A stretch of 64,000 bases of DNA from assembly GCA_964016885.1 (NCBI GenBank), contig OZ024741.1, positions 407,402,001 to 407,466,000 on the forward strand, written 5' to 3'. Below the pieces are notes generated by a model that saw only the letters and a program-made list of their open reading frames with translations, had not been told where the DNA came from and did not search any database. The position numbers were made by a program, and so were the translations under genes. This DNA comes from Eledone cirrhosa (Eukaryota). The stretch's first letter is position 1. The number at the start of each line of letters is the position of its first letter. Positions 58,001 to 64,000 of the stretch are shown piece after piece.

Positions 58001-58686
58001 ATCACGACAAATTATCACAATAAATTAACGGAGTCATAGAACCTCGCCATTCCCTGTAAATAATGTGCTCAAAGGAGAGGAAATCCTGAGCTCTTTAAAA
58101 TACAATATGTTGAAAAGGTAACACACTAGAGATAGATACAGTGCGCTATCAATAAAACAGGGAAAAACCACCAGCGTATGGAATCTATAACCTATGAAAG
58201 GCAGACTATAGACACGATAATTAAAAATATAAATTAAAGCGTAAATAAATACCTCTATAACTATATAACACACGTACAAATCCAAAGAGATCTGTTCCGC
58301 CAGTAAGTTGTTGACAGAAATGGAATAACACCGATTCTTCAGCGTGTGTAAGGCTATACATTTCAGACAACACTAAGAGAATTTTAAAGTGACTGTCCAG
58401 CTACACGTGGGAGAGAGAAGTCACAGCGTGTTTAAGGGCAGTGAACCAGTGGCCTCTGAGGGACGAGCTGCTAGAAAAGGCAGCCCAAAACCACTCAGAG
58501 AAGTGTGCTCAACCAAACAGAGAGAGAGGAAAGACTGTTATAAGGAGCGAAATATCACGATAAATTAACGGAGCGATACACTCTCACCATTCCCTGTAAA
58601 TAATGTGCTCAAAGGAGAGGAAATCCTGAGCTCTTTAAAATACAATATGTTGAAAAGGTAACACACTAGAGAGAGATACAGTGCGC
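58001..58686 (-). mobile_element. retrozyme-like element: 540-bp monomer plus ~134-bp direct repeat
   Basis: 58013-58146 is repeated at 58553-58686; hammerhead-like motif at 58268-58349; (TA)n on the left, abuts the truncated PLE on the right. Confidence 0.75.
58268..58349 (-). ncRNA. type I hammerhead with GAAA>GGAA change
   Basis: Minus strand: ACACACG CTGAAGA atcggt...actggc GGAA CAGATCT-cttt-GGATTTG TA^CGTGTGT; 7-bp stem I and long stem III; core mutated. Confidence 0.6.
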
Positions 58687-58691
58687 CGAGA

Positions 58692-60690
58692 GAGATACAG
58701 CAAATACATGATGGGAGAGAGTAAATCCTCAACGCTCACATGATGATGTGGACTGACATCGTAAAGCCAAGCAGACGCACTGCCAACAACTTCTAGGCGT
58801 CTAACAATGGCATACCACCCTTGTATGGGCTCCGCAAAGACCACAAGACAGTCGACGACCCGACAACAGGACCACCAACAAGAGCTGTATGCGGAGCAAA
58901 TATAGCTAGCAACTACAGGATCTCCTACTTCCTCTCAATGGTTATACGCCCCATAATGAAGATGTCCCCAGATGTATGTGAAAGTACAGAAGACCTCCTC
59001 AGCAGAATCAGTGAGTGCAACAAAAACAGGAACCTATCCAACTGCACAATAGGCAGCATGGATGTGGTGTCACTGTACCCATCCATTAACATTGATTTTG
59101 CTGTGGAAAAATGTGTGGAGATGATCAGTGAGAGTGAGGTGGAGTTCTGCGACGTCGACACAGACGAACTGAGCCTCCTACTTAGACTTACCTACGATAC
59201 TGACTACCTAGACAGCCATGACCTTAAACATTTCTGCCCCAGTAGACCCATAAGAGGTAGACACCCCACCATAATCTCAATGGCAAAAAAGACTCCCATG
59301 GGAAGGTGGATTGGGTGGACCAAAGTTATACGGACCCCCCAAACAATGATCAGGTAAGAAAAATGGTTGCACATGTAATAGGGACTAGTATCAAAACTAC
59401 CCTAAAGGGCCACATATTCAAATTCAACGAGAAGATCTACACCCAAAATGAGGGAGCAGCCATTGGCGTCAGCATAGCTGGTGACGTTGCCAACCTTTTT
59501 ATGGTATGGTGGGAAAGAAGACTCAAAGATCTCCTTGATGAGAGCTCCATAGACCTCAACATGTACTCTCGTTACGTAGACGACATCAATATATTAATAA
59601 GGACATCCCCACAAGAGAGTACTAACAAGTTTGATTTAGAACGTAGCACAATGGAAAGCATCCAGCAGATAGCTAATTCTATACACCAGAGTATGACTGT
59701 AACTATCGACTACCCTTCCAAACACCCTAACAATAGACTACCTGAATTAGACACGGAACTCTGGATTAACACTATAGACGAGAGAGACCAAATTATCCAC
59801 TTACACTATGCTAAACCCATGGCCTCCAAATACCTGATACTCAAAAACTCAGCAAAGTCCAGCAGTGCTAAGTTTAATATTCTGATCGCAGACTTGGTAC
59901 GAGTGATGAAGAACGTGTCCCGCATGTGTGACCCAACAGAAATGGAAAGACACATCCAACACTTCATCAACCGCATGCAGTTCTCTGGCTACACCCAAAG
60001 AGACAGAATCAGAGTATACGAAGGAGCCACGGAGAAGTATAAGACCCTCATAGAACTGGACATGAAAGGAATTTGCCCATTATACAGGAGCAAATCATGG
60101 AATAGCTTAGATAGGACTAGACATAAGATAGGGAAAGCCACCTCATGGTATGACAACCAGAGATACCAGAGTGTCATTTTTGTGGACGCTACCCCTGGAG
60201 GGAAATTAGCTAACCAGTGTAGAAAGGCCCTGAGAAAGACCCACTTAAAGATTAAGCTGGTAGAAAAGGCAGGAACCACCATAAAATCCCTGATCAGCAA
60301 AACCTACCCTTTTAAGAAAACCCACTGTACTAATAGGAAATGTATTATATGTAAAGTAAACTCCCGGATAAACTGTAAAACTAGAAACGTAGTCTAAAGC
60401 ATAAGATGTACAGAGGGTACTTGCAGAAACATGGCAACAACATACATAGGCGAGACAGCTCGTAGCATAGGTGAAAGGATATACTGGGGGGAACTAAAAG
60501 GACGAAAAAACGGTTCAGTACTATACGAACATGCCAGACAACAACACGACGGTAACATAGACAACATAGAAGTTAGAATAATATCTAAACATAGAAATGA
60601 CCCAGCAGATAGGCAAATCAGAGAGGCCAGCGAAATAGAACTTAGAAGGCCAAGGCTAAACGGAAAAAAATGAATGGAATAACAACACCT
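58692..60690 (+). pseudogene. PLE reverse transcriptase - Zn finger - GIY-YIG endonuclease ORF, disrupted
   Basis: LNAHMMMW...LYGLRKDHK...TRAVC; SMDVVSLYPSI; YTQNEGAAIGVSIAGDVANLFMVWW; RYVDD; HYAKPMAS; FVDATPGG; CxxxxCxxC...C; VV*(Y)...YIGETARS...H...H...RQIREA...LN. Stops at 58722, 58794 and 60395; frameshifts near 59320 and 60670. Confidence 0.93.
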
Positions 60691-60953
60691 AAACAAACAA
60701 CACTGACCTAAGAGAAGTATAAATAAATAAATACATACACAAACACAATAATAACAAACACATATAAACACACACTAGTAAACTAAGATAGAATACATTA
60801 ACCAATACACAGTCACGCAATCACGAACACACATCAAACAAAACACTATACACACACGCAAACGCATGCGCAGAGAAGATAAAAAATAAAAAAATAAACA
60901 AATAAACAGAAGATGGCGTAGGCATACAATACAACGGGAGGAAACATAATAGA

Positions 60954-60995
60954 ACCACTGACGAAGTTGCAGATGTGCAACGAAAGAACTCTGTT
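60954..60995 (+). ncRNA. minimal hammerhead in the PLE 3' repeat
   Basis: ACCA CTGACGA a GTTGCA-gatg-TGCAAC GAAA GAAC TC^TGTT; 6-bp stem II, one stem I mismatch. Confidence 0.7.
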
Positions 60996-61235
60996 AGACT
61001 ATATATATGTGTTTGTGTCTATATTGTATCTGCATTTTGTACCGTTGGTCAGTCAATGGTAACATTGAGGACCGAATGAATTAACTTAACCGATATAAAA
61101 GACACAGAAGCGAAAACCAACCAAACGGTGAGTGTGTTCTGTTATTAATTCTGGCAATATTATTACACAAATATGACCCTCCCCAAGTATAACAAATTTG
61201 TTTCGACACACGATTTCATATCAAAAACCTCGCAA

Positions 61236-61313
<78 letters not shown>

Positions 61314-61316
<3 letters not shown>

Positions 61317-62291
61317 ATATATAGAGTTATAAACTCAAACAGTCTTTTACAATTAAATAGCTCAAAGAAAGAAGTATTTCTGAGCCGTGAAATACAAGTT
61401 AATATAAATTAATATATGATAAACACTAATACAATCATATAAGTGTTTGTATTGCAAATGACCAAGTTAGCTAGATTGAAAAATACTAATTAGATTAATA
61501 CAGTTTGCCTGTCTCGATTTAAAATAATAAATCAATAAAAACAAACCCATATTGGCAATAGCCGTGATACCTGGACAAATTTAAATTTCAAAACTCAAAC
61601 CTGTTCCGTAGATAGGTTTAAATTTCAAAACCCAAATAAGTTTCGCAACGATAAGTGAGAGAGTGAAAGATTCCATTTACTGTGCTCATCGACAGGTATG
61701 CAGAAAAATTGGTATGTTTCACCTCGAAATACTTAGGAGGACTGATAGGCAAGTGTTAACGCACATGGTTTTTCAGTTCCTAGTTATCCCCATTCTCGTG
61801 CTGCTAGAAATAACAGCCGTTTTTATGGGACTAAAATTTAGCTCAACAAAAGGAGCCGTTAATACAATATATAGAGTTATAAACTCAAACAGTCTTTTAC
61901 AATTAAATAGCTCAAAGAAAGAAGTATTTCTGAACCGTGAAATACAAGTTAATATAAATTAATATATGATAAACACTAATACAATCATATAAGTGTTTGT
62001 ATTGCAAATGACCAAGTTAGCTAGATTGAAAAATACTAATTAGATTAATACAGTTTGCCTGTCTCGATTTAAAATAATAAAATAATAAAAACATATAATA
62101 AATAATAAATCAATAAAAACACGGCTATTGCCAATATGGGTTTGTTTTTATTGATTTATTATTTTATATCGTGACAGGCAAACTGTATTAATCTAATTAA
62201 TATTTTTCAATCTAGCTAACTTGGTCATTTGCAATACAAAAACACTTATATGATTGTATTACTGTTTATCATATATTAATTTATATTAACT

Positions 62292-62296
<5 letters not shown>
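61314..62296 (-). mobile_element. retrozyme-like element: 550-bp monomer, direct repeat and fold-back arm
   Basis: 61314-~61540 is repeated at 61864-~62119; 62120-62296 is inverted; hammerhead-like motif at 61567-61699; microsatellite flanks. Confidence 0.85.
61567..61699 (-). ncRNA. hammerhead-like motif with long stems II and III and altered core (TCGATGA)
   Basis: Minus strand: ATACCTG TCGATGA GCA...TGC GAAA C...G TC^CAGGTAT; perfect 7-bp stem I; positions 3-4 deviate from CU. Confidence 0.55.
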
Positions 62297-62365
<69 letters not shown>

Positions 62366-62373
62366 ATATATAT

Positions 62374-63316
<943 letters not shown>

Positions 63317-63360
63317 AATAACAGGAGGTTGGACTGGTGTAAGTCCTTGAAAGGTTTAAT

Positions 63361-63418
63361 TTACTATGATCATTTCAATGACCGAGTTCAATATGAATCC
63401 GATGACATCATCAGGTAA
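63361..63418 (-). ncRNA. type I hammerhead in a ~215-bp (TA)n-flanked insert (63314-63529)
   Basis: Minus strand: TTAC CTGATGA [imperfect stem II] GAAA TGATCA TA^GTAA; palindromic stem III ATGATCAT. Confidence 0.75.
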
Positions 63419-63532
63419 TTCAAAATATAACGAAGGGATATAACAGATAAAAATCCATGGTGCTGAAAATCAGAGACAGGAGGGCGACCGGCAATTTAGC
63501 AGCTTCTACCTCTGTCGGCTGCCCTCAATATA

Positions 63533-63570
<38 letters not shown>

Positions 63571-63577
63571 CTTATAC

Positions 63578-63657
<80 letters not shown>

Positions 63658-63660
63658 ATG

Positions 63661-64000
63661 GCAGAGACTAAAACAAAATATCTGGTGGAGAATGTTGAGA
63701 AGCCAGAGGGGATCACTAATGTAGGCGGGAAGCCGCTGGAATTGGTTGAGGACTTCCTGTATTTGGGAGCAAAGATTGGGAATACGGATGATGATGTGGT
63801 TGGGAGGAAGAGCAAGGCCTGGGCGGCGTGTCACAGCTTGAGATCGGTGTGGAAGTCGGACCTTCGTAGAGACCTGAAGATCCGCCTCTTCATTGCTGTA
63901 GTGGAGTCTGTGCTGCTGTATGGGTCTGAGACTTGGACACTGACCAAGAGACTCATTCAGATGGTGGATGGGTGCTACACGAGAATGCTGAGGATGGCTC
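63661..64000 (+). mobile_element. RTE-clade LINE, 5'-truncated RT C-terminal/thumb coding fragment, runs off the right edge
   Basis: Open frame ...KTKYL...[14 protein letters not shown]...[15 protein letters not shown]...[23 protein letters not shown]...[11 protein letters not shown], which are typical RTE motifs. Confidence 0.9.

Larger units (their letters stand above)
58690..61218 (+). mobile_element. 5'-truncated Penelope-like retroelement (Naiad-like) with 3' terminal repeat region
   Basis: RT plus C-terminal GIY-YIG coding region, 3' UTR with hammerhead at 60954-60995, ends at (TA)n at ~61220. Confidence 0.9.

Noticed and set aside
58692-60690. Selenocysteine recoding, reported for some Naiad PLEs
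   Set aside because: The in-frame stops are TAA/TAG at non-Cys positions and the Zn-finger cysteines are ordinary Cys codons; the TGA at 60671 follows a homopolymer frameshift.

Overview
AT-rich eukaryotic (animal) DNA with no intact host gene that I can support. Two tRNA-derived SINE copies resemble the Meta-domain SINEs I recall from octopod cephalopods, so that taxon is an inference. Bases 1-11.7 kb are a near-homogeneous, indel-free 55-bp satellite (~212 units). After a ~220-bp unique spacer, 11.9-44.4 kb is a more diverged 38-bp satellite (~850 units). Both arrays show kb-scale higher-order duplications. The last ~19 kb is a (TA)n/(CA)n/(CATA)n microsatellite field packed with retroelements: a decayed Penelope-like element (RT plus GIY-YIG, Naiad-like), a second PLE endonuclease remnant, an R4/Dong-type endonuclease remnant, an RTE LINE fragment and a non-autonomous RTE-derived element. 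The main observation is about 13 type I hammerhead ribozyme motifs, found by eye between 47.0 and 63.4 kb. Most sit in small, mutually unrelated non-coding elements bounded by (TA)n. Several of these elements consist of a monomer, a partial direct repeat and an inverted fold-back arm, and in several the inverted arm starts at or within a few nt of the predicted self-cleavage site. This suggests a retrozyme-like system mobilised by Penelope-like RT. All RNA folds were assigned manually; none were computed or tested.
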